DNA of 26,886 nucleotides from a virus. Its lineage: Duplodnaviria; Heunggongvirae; Uroviricota; Caudoviricetes. The notes under the pieces were generated by a model. That model searched no databases. It saw only the letters and a program-made list of their open reading frames with translations, and had not been told where the DNA came from. Both the position numbers and the translations under genes were made by a program. Shown here piece by piece: positions 9,613 through 17,620 of the stretch (position 1 is its first letter; the number at the start of each line of letters is the position of its first letter). The DNA lies in the IMG/VR virus record IMGVR_UViG_2737471860_000002, positions 1-26,886 of that record; one strand, given 5' to 3'.

Positions 9613-11088
9613 TTAAAGTTTGAACTGAATCAGGCCTGCCAGCACACGCAGCTGGTTCACCAGATTCGGGTGGCAGATAAAGTTCAGGCGGTTTTTATCG
9701 CTGCTGTCGCGTGTCACCTGAAGCGTGTCCCTGTAATCGCTGAAGTTCTCCACAAGGCCCGCCGGGAGAAGTTCGGTCTGGCAGATATCCAGCAGCTCTG
9801 CGGTGCACAGCTTCGGCGTCATCACCGGCTGCCCCGCATCCAGCGAGTCCAGCACGTCATCATCCGCCAGCTTGTGGCGCGGATAACGGTTCGAGAAACG
9901 GTTTTTAATGATGTAACGGATACGGCCCAGCGTGGCGGGTGACTGCACATCTAGGTACGACACATCCGCATCACCGTACTGGTTAACCCGGTACATGGTG
10001 ATTTCTCGCTCGATACAGACGTTATCACCGGCGTCCACCATGTGTGTGGCAATGCCGTCATGCAGCAGCAGGTTACGTTCCGGCATATCCCAGCGAACAT
10101 TACGCGCAGGCGGCAGAATGCCGGTCAGAACCAGCGTCTGAAGCGGACGCGCCGGATCAATGGCGAGGTAATACGCTGCCGTTGCGCCGTATGACGCGGC
10201 CCACATCCACGCCGGGTGCGGTGACAGGTTGGTGCCGATACAGCTAATCAGCCAGTCATTGCGGGTTTCACCAAACGTGCCGGTTTCCCCGTGTGTGCCA
10301 CGAAACGCCGTCCACAGCTGCGCCTCCATCATTTTGAGCGGCCCCCAGCGGTTCAGCAGTTCATCACGCAGGGTGTTCAGGCTTTTCGTGTCGGTGAACG
10401 GGGCGATGATATCGGTAAACCACTCCGGGCCGATGGCCGCAACGGCGTCTGCCATTTCCGGTGTCCCGGTGCCGCCGGTAAACGCGGTTGCGATCACCTT
10501 CACACCTGCCGGGAAGGCTTCACCGGTGTAGTAGTTCAGGCGAACGTCGGCACCGTTGCCGGTGACGCCGTGCCAGTTCACGGTCAGCTCCACGGTATCT
10601 GTGGCATCATCCTTCACCGCAGCGGTCACCTGCGTGGCTGGCTTTTTCGTCACCGCATCAGCAATGGCTTTTGCAATGTTTTCCTTCGTAGCCCCGGCGA
10701 TCACGCCCACCTGAACGGAGACACCGTTAATCAGCAGTGCCACCGTTCCGGCTTCAGTCGCTGTACCCAGCACGGTCAGCGTGGCTTTTGCGGCAGCGCT
10801 AACAGGTGCGGAAACCGGCATTGCCCAGGTTTCCGTGTACGTGTTGGCACGACGCAGCATTTTGAGCATTTCAGCCAGCATCGACCCTTTGCCATAAAGC
10901 TGGTCTGCCTGGCTGTCACTGGTGATGCGGGTCAGTGACAGGGCGTCTGCGCTGCCGGACGATACCGCATGGCCCATGACCAGAATTTTTCGGCTTTGCG
11001 CGGATGCACCATCCAGCGCCTGTGAATTGTCGATATCGATCCAGACAAGCGGGACGCGGATATCATCAGGAATTGAACCCAGCGACAT
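9613..11088 (-). CDS. Tail sheath protein
   Basis: 491-aa ORF, first large gene of the tail module; sheath-tube-chaperone-tape measure order. Confidence 0.8.
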   Translation of the reverse strand: MSLGSIPDDIRVPLVWIDIDNSQALDGASAQSRKILVMGHAVSSGSADALSLTRITSDSQADQLYGKGSMLAEMLKMLRRANTYTETWAMPVSAPVSAAAKATLTVLGTATEAGTVALLINGVSVQVGVIAGATKENIAKAIADAVTKKPATQVTAAVKDDATDTVELTVNWHGVTGNGADVRLNYYTGEAFPAGVKVIATAFTGGTGTPEMADAVAAIGPEWFTDIIAPFTDTKSLNTLRDELLNRWGPLKMMEAQLWTAFRGTHGETGTFGETRNDWLISCIGTNLSPHPAWMWAASYGATAAYYLAIDPARPLQTLVLTGILPPARNVRWDMPERNLLLHDGIATHMVDAGDNVCIEREITMYRVNQYGDADVSYLDVQSPATLGRIRYIIKNRFSNRYPRHKLADDDVLDSLDAGQPVMTPKLCTAELLDICQTELLPAGLVENFSDYRDTLQVTRDSSDKNRLNFICHPNLVNQLRVLAGLIQFKL

Positions 11089-11288
11089 TATTTTTTCCCT
11101 CTGGTTTTGTTGTTATTTTTCGGAAGTGTGGTTATTTCCACATCTCCCTCGGCCTCACGGCGCAGCCAGTAAGCGCAGACGTCGAGACGTTCCCCTTCCG
11201 GGGATAAATGCGCGCCATCCGGTTTACGGACACGGACGCTTTCCCGCGCTGGCTTAATCAGTTTCTGTTCCATCGTCACCCCGTACAT
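11088..11288 (-). CDS. Small hypothetical virion-module protein (start may be the internal Met at 11273)
   Basis: 66-aa ORF with TAATG overlap onto the sheath start; basic C-terminus. Confidence 0.45.
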   Translation of the reverse strand: MYGVTMEQKLIKPARESVRVRKPDGAHLSPEGERLDVCAYWLRREAEGDVEITTLPKNNNKTRGKK

Positions 11289-11865
11289 GGATCACGTCGT
11301 TAATTTCAGTGTGTTCGCCGCAGCGCAGCGTTGCCCCGAGGCGCAGGAAGTCCGGGAGCGTGGCGAGATCAATCTCTTCATCCAGCCGGAATTCCTGCTC
11401 CCACGTCACCGCCCACATGGTGACGCCCAGCCCGTCGAGGCTGACGGAGTAAATGTTGTCTGCCCGCACATCAGCAGCCATGCGTTCAGCCCCCATGCCC
11501 CAGGTGGCATCCGACGACAGCAGACGTTTGATCACCTTTCCGGTCAGGACTTCACAGCGCACGTCGCGGGAGTACCCCCACGAATCCGTTGCCATGATGT
11601 AAGCCACCCAGGTGACCAGACCGGACAGCCCGCCACGCGGGTTGATATCCCGGACACGCAGGGCCGCGACACGGATACAGCCGGTGCGACCGGACAGATA
11701 GCGTTTCACTTCCTCCGGGCTGTTGAACTGGCCGATGTGACGCTCCACCACGCTGGCCCGGTCGGGGGTATCCCCCTGAAGTACTGTTTTCAGCCAGGCC
11801 ACAATGCGCTCTGCGGCCGCAACGGTGCTCCCCGGCGTGCGCAGTTCAGGGCGTTGTTCTGTCAT
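11254..11865 (-). CDS. Neck/tail-terminator candidate (Mu gp37/gp38-like)
   Basis: 203-aa ORF between head-completion genes and the sheath; 4-nt overlap with the upstream gene. Confidence 0.5.
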   Translation of the reverse strand: MTEQRPELRTPGSTVAAAERIVAWLKTVLQGDTPDRASVVERHIGQFNSPEEVKRYLSGRTGCIRVAALRVRDINPRGGLSGLVTWVAYIMATDSWGYSRDVRCEVLTGKVIKRLLSSDATWGMGAERMAADVRADNIYSVSLDGLGVTMWAVTWEQEFRLDEEIDLATLPDFLRLGATLRCGEHTEINDVIHVRGDDGTETD

Positions 11866-12407
11866 GGCAGAACCTCCTTCCAGAAATGACTGATAACCTG
11901 TTGCAGCTCCTGCTGGTTGGCAGAAGACAGCCCCAGAAATTCACGTTGTGGAATGTTCATCATGCGGTTATGTGCGCCGACGGTCTGCCAGACCGGATAT
12001 TTCAGCGCCCGCCCGAAACACTGCGAGATAAGTCGTTTGTGGGCGCTGACCGGCACACTGCCGGAAAAGCCGTCATTCATGATGCGGGCATAATCCAGCG
12101 GTGAACCGATACGCACCACGCGGTTTTCCACGATGTACTGGATACTCTCCAGCAGATGGCCTTCACCACGCAGCAGACTCTGGTTGCCGTGGCGGGTCTT
12201 TTTGTACCCGTCAGACCAGTCCGGCCAGCGTTCGCCACCCGGACTGGTTTTCTCATCGATGATGCGGCGGCGGGTCTGTGATTCCACCACCGCACCGATG
12301 CTCTCCAGCAGCTCTGCCTGCAATGAACCATCTGCCAGCTTTTCAACGGCGCGGCGGATATCCTCCAGACGCTGGTCACCGCTGACCTGTACAGAAATCC
12401 CCATCAC
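11862..12407 (-). CDS. Phage virion morphogenesis protein (Mu G / P2 S family-like)
   Basis: 181-aa ORF; internal SLLRGEGHLLESI motif resembles the virion-morphogenesis family signature. Assignment by pattern only. Confidence 0.45.
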   Translation of the reverse strand: MMGISVQVSGDQRLEDIRRAVEKLADGSLQAELLESIGAVVESQTRRRIIDEKTSPGGERWPDWSDGYKKTRHGNQSLLRGEGHLLESIQYIVENRVVRIGSPLDYARIMNDGFSGSVPVSAHKRLISQCFGRALKYPVWQTVGAHNRMMNIPQREFLGLSSANQQELQQVISHFWKEVLP

Positions 12408-12841
12408 AGCACCCCTTTCAGGTTGTTACGGGTGAACAGCCGGGCATTGGCACCCACCACAATGATTTTCCCGTGGTCGGTTTCTGCCGGGGTGGCATAC
12501 GTCGGCAGTCCCAGGTCACGGGTGCCGTTCGCCATCTCACGCAGGGTTTTAATGGCGTCGTCGTAGCGTTTCTGGATCAGCTCCGTGATTTGATTGTCAC
12601 GCTCTGACAACCAGTAAAACGCCAGCGATACCGCCACGCGTTGCAGCGGGCGCGGGATTTCCGTCACCCCCAGCGGCAGCTGGTAGCGGCGGGACAGAAA
12701 CGAATCAATTTCCGCTTCGGCATCACTGATGGCCTGACGGATTTTGTCTTCATCCAGCCCGTTGGTTTCCCGGTTAATCGCCATGTTCCAGACAAGATTG
12801 CCGTCCGCGCGTAACAGGTCTTCCTGCGTGATGTATCCCAT
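12404..12841 (-). CDS. Head-tail connector / head completion protein (Mu gp36-like)
   Basis: 145-aa ORF, 4-nt overlap downstream and 1-nt overlap upstream; position after the capsid gene. Confidence 0.55.
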   Translation of the reverse strand: MGYITQEDLLRADGNLVWNMAINRETNGLDEDKIRQAISDAEAEIDSFLSRRYQLPLGVTEIPRPLQRVAVSLAFYWLSERDNQITELIQKRYDDAIKTLREMANGTRDLGLPTYATPAETDHGKIIVVGANARLFTRNNLKGVL

Positions 12842-13152
12842 CAGCCTTTCTCCGCTTCCCGGACAATCAGATTCGGCTCTGCCATCAGGCGGGTGGCAAC
12901 CGCAGCGGTCACCGCCACATCCTCACCGGCATGAGACCAGAAACGGCCACAACGCCAGAACCCGCTTTCAGACACGGCCCGGACGTTCAGCCGGACAGGG
13001 GCGTCACCCTGTACAGCAACCGGGTCTTCAGCCGGACGTGGTTCATCCGCCTGGCCGTCAGCCACAATAACGTCTGCCAGCGGTGCCGGGTTTTCCTGTG
13101 CTGCGCTGTTCTTTGTGTTTTTCGTGCTTTTGGTTCCTGCTTTTTCACTCAT
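12841..13152 (-). CDS. Hypothetical protein downstream of major capsid (Mu gp35-like position)
   Basis: 103-aa acidic, Ala-rich ORF; first gene after the capsid-gene hairpin. Confidence 0.5.
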   Translation of the reverse strand: MSEKAGTKSTKNTKNSAAQENPAPLADVIVADGQADEPRPAEDPVAVQGDAPVRLNVRAVSESGFWRCGRFWSHAGEDVAVTAAVATRLMAEPNLIVREAEKG

Positions 13153-13170
13153 GGCTCTGCCTTTTAAAAG

Positions 13171-13206
13171 GCAGTTAAAAGGGCATTCACAGCACCTTTT
13201 AACTGC
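13171..13206 (-). terminator. Stable hairpin just downstream of the major capsid gene (12-bp stem, 12-nt loop); candidate partial terminator or mRNA stabiliser
   Basis: GCAGTTAAAAGG (13171-13182) and CCTTTTAACTGC (13195-13206) are exact reverse complements. An adjacent palindrome CTGCCTTTTAAAAGGCAG sits at 13157-13174. Confidence 0.45.
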
Positions 13207-13223
13207 GGTTTACGGATGACGGT

Positions 13224-14129
13224 TTATGCCGGGGTGGTGATGTACGGGCTGTCCACGATCTCCACATCCTTGTACCAGATGTTGGAATCGCCGCCGTTAA
13301 CCAGCATGGCGTCAATAATGAGCTTCGCGTCCGCACGGTTTTTCGGCCCCACCACAAGGGTGGTCGGGCGGATGCCCAGTGGTTCACCGTTGGTGCCCTT
13401 CATGCCCCGCAGTAACTCATTGGCTTTTTTGTAGTTCTCCACCGTCAGTGCCGCACGGGAACCGACGGCGGTCTGCCAGAAGCCGAAGCCTGCATTACAG
13501 CGACCGTCCACCCCGTACAGGAATTCGTTATTCTTGAAGGTGTGCTCGCTGTTCAGATCGTCCAGGGCTTCAAACTTAAAGGCGCGTCGCGTCTGCCAGA
13601 TAATGGGTTTCAGTACCTGCGACTCATCAATCAGGAACCACGGCTCACCCTTGTCTGATGCCGGGGTGCCGACAACGTTGCTGTACGTGCCGTCACCCAG
13701 CGGGTGGTCTTCATCAAAGAAGTTCTGGCCGTCAAAGCACAAAGTTTTGAATCCGGCACACAGCAGGGCGTAACACAGCTTGTCCGGGAACACGGCTGTC
13801 ATACGTCCATAGCGTTCAGCAGTAATGCTGTACTGACCAATCTGGTCATCTTCAATGTGTTCGCGCTTAACGCGAATGGAACTTTCCCAGAGTTTGTTGG
13901 TGATGGTGTAACCATAACCGTCCAGCGTTGCCAGCTGACGCTCACCGACCCATTCTTTGATGTCCGGTAAATCTTTCATCCAGCCGTAAGTGTTGGAGGC
14001 GGACGAACTCGGCACCTCAGAAGCAATGCGATTCCACTGCGGTTCGACACCACTCAGTCCACGGGTAAAGGCGGCGCTCAGGCAGGTGGTCAGTGCATGA
14101 AGGATTTCAGAACTGACAGTCTGTCCCAT
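13224..14129 (-). CDS. Major capsid protein (Mu gpT-like)
   Basis: 301-aa ORF immediately after the protease/scaffold gene (1-nt overlap); size and position match the Mu-type major head subunit. Confidence 0.75.
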   Translation of the reverse strand: MGQTVSSEILHALTTCLSAAFTRGLSGVEPQWNRIASEVPSSSASNTYGWMKDLPDIKEWVGERQLATLDGYGYTITNKLWESSIRVKREHIEDDQIGQYSITAERYGRMTAVFPDKLCYALLCAGFKTLCFDGQNFFDEDHPLGDGTYSNVVGTPASDKGEPWFLIDESQVLKPIIWQTRRAFKFEALDDLNSEHTFKNNEFLYGVDGRCNAGFGFWQTAVGSRAALTVENYKKANELLRGMKGTNGEPLGIRPTTLVVGPKNRADAKLIIDAMLVNGGDSNIWYKDVEIVDSPYITTPA

Positions 14130-15091
14130 TAGTTGTTCTCCTGTTTTGGTTTAGCGGCGAGGAACTCTTCCCCGGTAATACCCATGCTGCGACACATCGC
14201 CAGTTCGGCGTCGGTCAGTGTCTGCGCGGGTTTATCCTTGCCCTGGCTGGGCTTGTCGTTGTTCACCAGCGGCTGTGTACCTCTGGTGTATTCCGCAAAC
14301 TGTTTACGGCCTTCTTCCGTGCGACAGGTGGCAAGGAACATGTCACGGTTTGCCGGGGCCACTTTTCCGGCTTCGATGGCCGCATCCACAAGCGCTTCTG
14401 CTTCCTTCTCTTCAAGTTGCTGAAGGCGTTGTTCTGCGGTTTCGGCACGGTTCAGTGCCAGATTGTGGGTTTCCACCGGCACAAACTTCGTCAGGTCAGG
14501 TGTCTGTGCGCGGTTCAGCGCCACCTGTTCGTTCTCCTGAAGTTGTTTAATGGCGGCCACGGTATCGTCCACCGTGGCAGATTCAGCCAGCCCAAGCAGG
14601 CCGGTGATTTGCACAGGTACTGTCATCGGGTTTTTCTCCGTATTCAGTGCAGGAAAATCCAGGTTAGGTTTGTTGGTCAGCCCGACGCTGGACAGGCGTG
14701 TCACCACACCCTCCGCGTCATGGAAAAACGCCGGGCTGTAATAGCGGTAGCGGCGCTCGCTCAGCATCCAGCGGGCGGACTCACTCCAGGCAACACGGCC
14801 TTCAATGGTGCCGCTGTCCGTCACCCGCAGTTCTTCAACCCAGCCATACGCCGGAGCATCTTCACCACGCGGGCCTTTAATTTCGGTGGCGTGTTCAATG
14901 TCCACCGGAATTTTGATGTCGGACGAACGGGCAACCACCTCATGCGGATTGCGGTTAATCCACGTCCGGCCATCGCGCCCGGTAAACTCACCCGCAGGAA
15001 CGAGTTCAAACCATTCCGGCAGTTGAACAGGTGTCAGCTCAGGGATAGGTTCTGGCAGGGAAAAACACAGCGCCAGCAGTTCCGGTTGCAT
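14129..15091 (-). CDS. Head maturation protease with C-terminal scaffold domain (Mu gpI-like); candidate internal scaffold start at 14626
   Basis: 320-aa ORF; C-terminal half is coiled-coil-like. In-frame internal ATG at 14626 preceded by GGAG about 10 nt upstream. Confidence 0.7.
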   Translation of the reverse strand: MQPELLALCFSLPEPIPELTPVQLPEWFELVPAGEFTGRDGRTWINRNPHEVVARSSDIKIPVDIEHATEIKGPRGEDAPAYGWVEELRVTDSGTIEGRVAWSESARWMLSERRYRYYSPAFFHDAEGVVTRLSSVGLTNKPNLDFPALNTEKNPMTVPVQITGLLGLAESATVDDTVAAIKQLQENEQVALNRAQTPDLTKFVPVETHNLALNRAETAEQRLQQLEEKEAEALVDAAIEAGKVAPANRDMFLATCRTEEGRKQFAEYTRGTQPLVNNDKPSQGKDKPAQTLTDAELAMCRSMGITGEEFLAAKPKQENN

Positions 15092-15140
15092 GTCAGTCTC
15101 CGTCGTTTTGGGTTACCGACGGTCAGTATGCGGGAGGCAG

Positions 15141-15164
15141 AAAAAAAGCCGGATTTACCGGCTT
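15141..15164 (-). terminator. Intrinsic-terminator-like hairpin (7-bp stem AAGCCGG/CCGGCTT, 5-nt loop) followed by a U7 tract on the minus strand; copy A of a duplicated 38-bp element
   Basis: Stem 15146-15152 pairs with 15158-15164; the plus-strand A7 at 15141-15147 is the minus-strand T-run. A near-identical element occurs at 22840-22877. Confidence 0.55.
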
Positions 15165-15184
15165 CACTGAAAACAGGGAAATAC

Positions 15185-15227
15185 CCCTTCAAAACCCCTT
15201 CAAAAACGCCACAGCGCCTTCAAAAAC
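15185..15227. repeat. Three direct repeats of CCTTCAAAA(A) in the F-I intergenic region
   Basis: Read directly: ccccttcaaaa / ccccttcaaaaa / gccttcaaaaa within 43 bp. Confidence 0.6.
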
Positions 15228-15279
15228 GTCATGGCATACACTCACGCCATCAGAATAAAAAACGCGTTTCTGGTGCGTT

Positions 15280-16056
15280 TCAGGTGGGATTTACGGCGCT
15301 GTCAAATCGGGCCTGTTTTGTCGCCAGCTGGCGCGCCAGTTCCTGCTCACGGTTTATGCCGGGATTGTAGTTCCAGCCCGGATCAATCCCTTCCGGCACA
15401 TCTTCCTCTTCGCCCGTACGTTTGTTCACCCAGCGGACAGTTCTGATTTCCGGCGCTTCGGTGTGAATGGTGCCCTGTGCCGCCAGTTGCGCATATTCAC
15501 CACGGCTGACCTGACGGATGGTGCATTTGCATCCCCAGCCGTTAGGGGCAAAATGTGTCTGCCAGAACGGATGATCCACCGGCAGACACAGACGCGCCCA
15601 TTTCACATGCTCCGCCCGGTGCTCACGGGATGGCCCCAGCTCATAAATCAGATACGGCATGGCCCGCTTTGTCCGCTGAATGCGTTCCCACTGGCCCGCC
15701 GCGCGGGCGGTGCGCATGTTGGTGTCAAAAATCGTGCGGAGGCGGCGGTCGCTGCCCAACTGTACTGTGCGCGTTTCGCCCGTCAGCGGATCATCCATCT
15801 CCTGAACGCCCCACCATCCGCGTTTTATCAGCAGCGGTTGCAGCGCCTCCCGGAACTCGCTGAACGTCTGCCCGCTTTGCAGGGCGTCTTCCACAAGGGC
15901 TTTCACATCCGACAACAAATCCAGTTGCAGCATTTTTGCCACGGTGAAGCTGTTCCGGTGCTCTTCCCGCCATACATCCCGGTAATCAAAACCGGGGCGC
16001 AGCTTCTTCGCCTTCAGCCACGCCAGCGCCTCTTTCGGGATGAGGGTTTCACGCAT
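15280..16056 (-). CDS. Mu F-like head morphogenesis protein
   Basis: ORF track gives 15280..16113; I place the start at the Met at 16056 (MRETLIPKEA...), giving an 8-nt overlap with the portal stop. Position after the portal gene. Confidence 0.65.
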   Translation of the reverse strand: MRETLIPKEALAWLKAKKLRPGFDYRDVWREEHRNSFTVAKMLQLDLLSDVKALVEDALQSGQTFSEFREALQPLLIKRGWWGVQEMDDPLTGETRTVQLGSDRRLRTIFDTNMRTARAAGQWERIQRTKRAMPYLIYELGPSREHRAEHVKWARLCLPVDHPFWQTHFAPNGWGCKCTIRQVSRGEYAQLAAQGTIHTEAPEIRTVRWVNKRTGEEEDVPEGIDPGWNYNPGINREQELARQLATKQARFDSAVNPT

Positions 16057-17620
16057 GAGCAGCGTCTCCCAGCGCACGCGCCTTAAAGCACACCTCTGCC
16101 AGTTGCAGGGCAAAGTCGTCCGCGTTCAGCGTTTCCTGAAGCTCAGGCAGGCGTTTCAGAAAGTCATCAAAACTGTCGCATTCCTGCGCCAGTGTCAGCA
16201 CCGGGTTCGTGAACGCCTCGCCGGTTTTCTGCCAGTCACGCAGGGCATCATCCACCATCTGTGCCAGTTCGTCGGGGTGTTCCCGGTTCAGGGCGACGCG
16301 CTCGCGGTTCATCGCCATTTCACCCGGCATCCCGGCGGAAATCGGATGCAGAACATCAGCCCCTTCGTCCGGTTCAGCCAGGCCGAACCGGTCCCGCAGC
16401 TCCGATTCCTGAACCCGCATCCCCCGGTCAATCAGCGGCACCAGAGCATCTGTCAGCGCCTTCAGATCTTCTGCTTCACTGATACGCAGAACAACACGGG
16501 GGTAGTGCGCCTGTGGCCCGTAGTTGGCCTCGATATAGGGACGCACCAGATATTCATTCAGCGTGTTAGCCAGCTGTCGCGCGTCCCAGCGCACAATGTC
16601 CATGCGCACCTGATTGTGCACGTCCGCCTGTGAACGCGAACTGCCGTTATCCGTGGTCATGGTCTGCCCCAGCACAGCCTTACTGATTTGTGCATCACAC
16701 CATTCCGCCATTTCACGGAACAGTGCGCCGCCGTTATTCCGGCTGGCGGTTTCCTGCATCTCCAGTTGCATAGACTGCGGAATGGCACACCCTGCATCCG
16801 AGGCAATGGAGGCAATCGCATCAATCAGTACGCGGATTTGCTCCTCCGTGGCGTTGGGACCGTATTTCCCCACCGTAACCGGAATGCCGAATTTTTCCGC
16901 GAATGCCCACCAGTCACGCACGGTATAGGATTTCAGCATGTACATCACCGCCACCAGACGGGCCAGACCGTTACGCAGCGGCAGACCGGATTTCAGACGC
17001 GGCTGGTGAACAATGAATTTTCCCGGTGTCAGCGGTACGCCATCCACCGGTTCATCGTCAGTCAGCAGGCGGAACTGGCGCAGCGTGGGCTTTTCGGCTT
17101 TCAGGAAACGGGGATCAACCCACTCATAATCACGGGGCACCCAGTGGTTGTTGCGGGTGTTCCACAGAATTTCACAGACCGCCACGCCTTTTCCCAGCCC
17201 GTCGAGCAGATCAAACATCAGTTCGGGGATTTGCGGCGCGGCCATCAGCTCACGGATGGCATCCGCCAGCTGCACATCGGCATCGTCGTCACTGGCAGCC
17301 ACCACCACCGGCTCGATACCCGCCACCGTCAGCTTGCGGGTGCGCAGTACCGAGGCGTAATGCAAATCGCGTTCTTCCATCTCTTCGGCAAGGATAAAAA
17401 AATCACGCGTGATGCCGTCGGCGGCATTGCGCAGAATGCCTGCCAGCCTGCCGGGATTCAGCCCGGAAGCAATGCTGATGCCCGGCGAGGCCGAGCGCAC
17501 GCCAGCCTGACGCGGACGGGCCTGTATTTCATCGAGCGTCTCTTTTTTGAGCCTGTCTTCCTCACCGGTTGCCGGGTTCAGCAGACGGCGAACGGCCCCG
17601 GCCAGTTGTTTCAGGTTCAC
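16049..17620 (-). CDS. Portal protein (Mu gpH-like)
   Basis: 523-aa ORF directly after the large terminase (ATGA overlap); size and position typical. Confidence 0.75.
   Translation of the reverse strand: MNLKQLAGAVRRLLNPATGEEDRLKKETLDEIQARPRQAGVRSASPGISIASGLNPGRLAGILRNAADGITRDFFILAEEMEERDLHYASVLRTRKLTVAGIEPVVVAASDDDADVQLADAIRELMAAPQIPELMFDLLDGLGKGVAVCEILWNTRNNHWVPRDYEWVDPRFLKAEKPTLRQFRLLTDDEPVDGVPLTPGKFIVHQPRLKSGLPLRNGLARLVAVMYMLKSYTVRDWWAFAEKFGIPVTVGKYGPNATEEQIRVLIDAIASIASDAGCAIPQSMQLEMQETASRNNGGALFREMAEWCDAQISKAVLGQTMTTDNGSSRSQADVHNQVRMDIVRWDARQLANTLNEYLVRPYIEANYGPQAHYPRVVLRISEAEDLKALTDALVPLIDRGMRVQESELRDRFGLAEPDEGADVLHPISAGMPGEMAMNRERVALNREHPDELAQMVDDALRDWQKTGEAFTNPVLTLAQECDSFDDFLKRLPELQETLNADDFALQLAEVCFKARALGDAAHA

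Noticed and set aside
14417-15370. Long plus-strand ORF (317 aa), with similar ones at 16688..17722 (344 aa) and 10291..10938 (215 aa)
   Set aside because: They lie antisense to confidently called structural genes (protease/scaffold, portal, sheath), have Arg/Gly/Cys-rich low-complexity composition typical of antisense frames in GC-rich coding DNA, and have no RBS or operon context.
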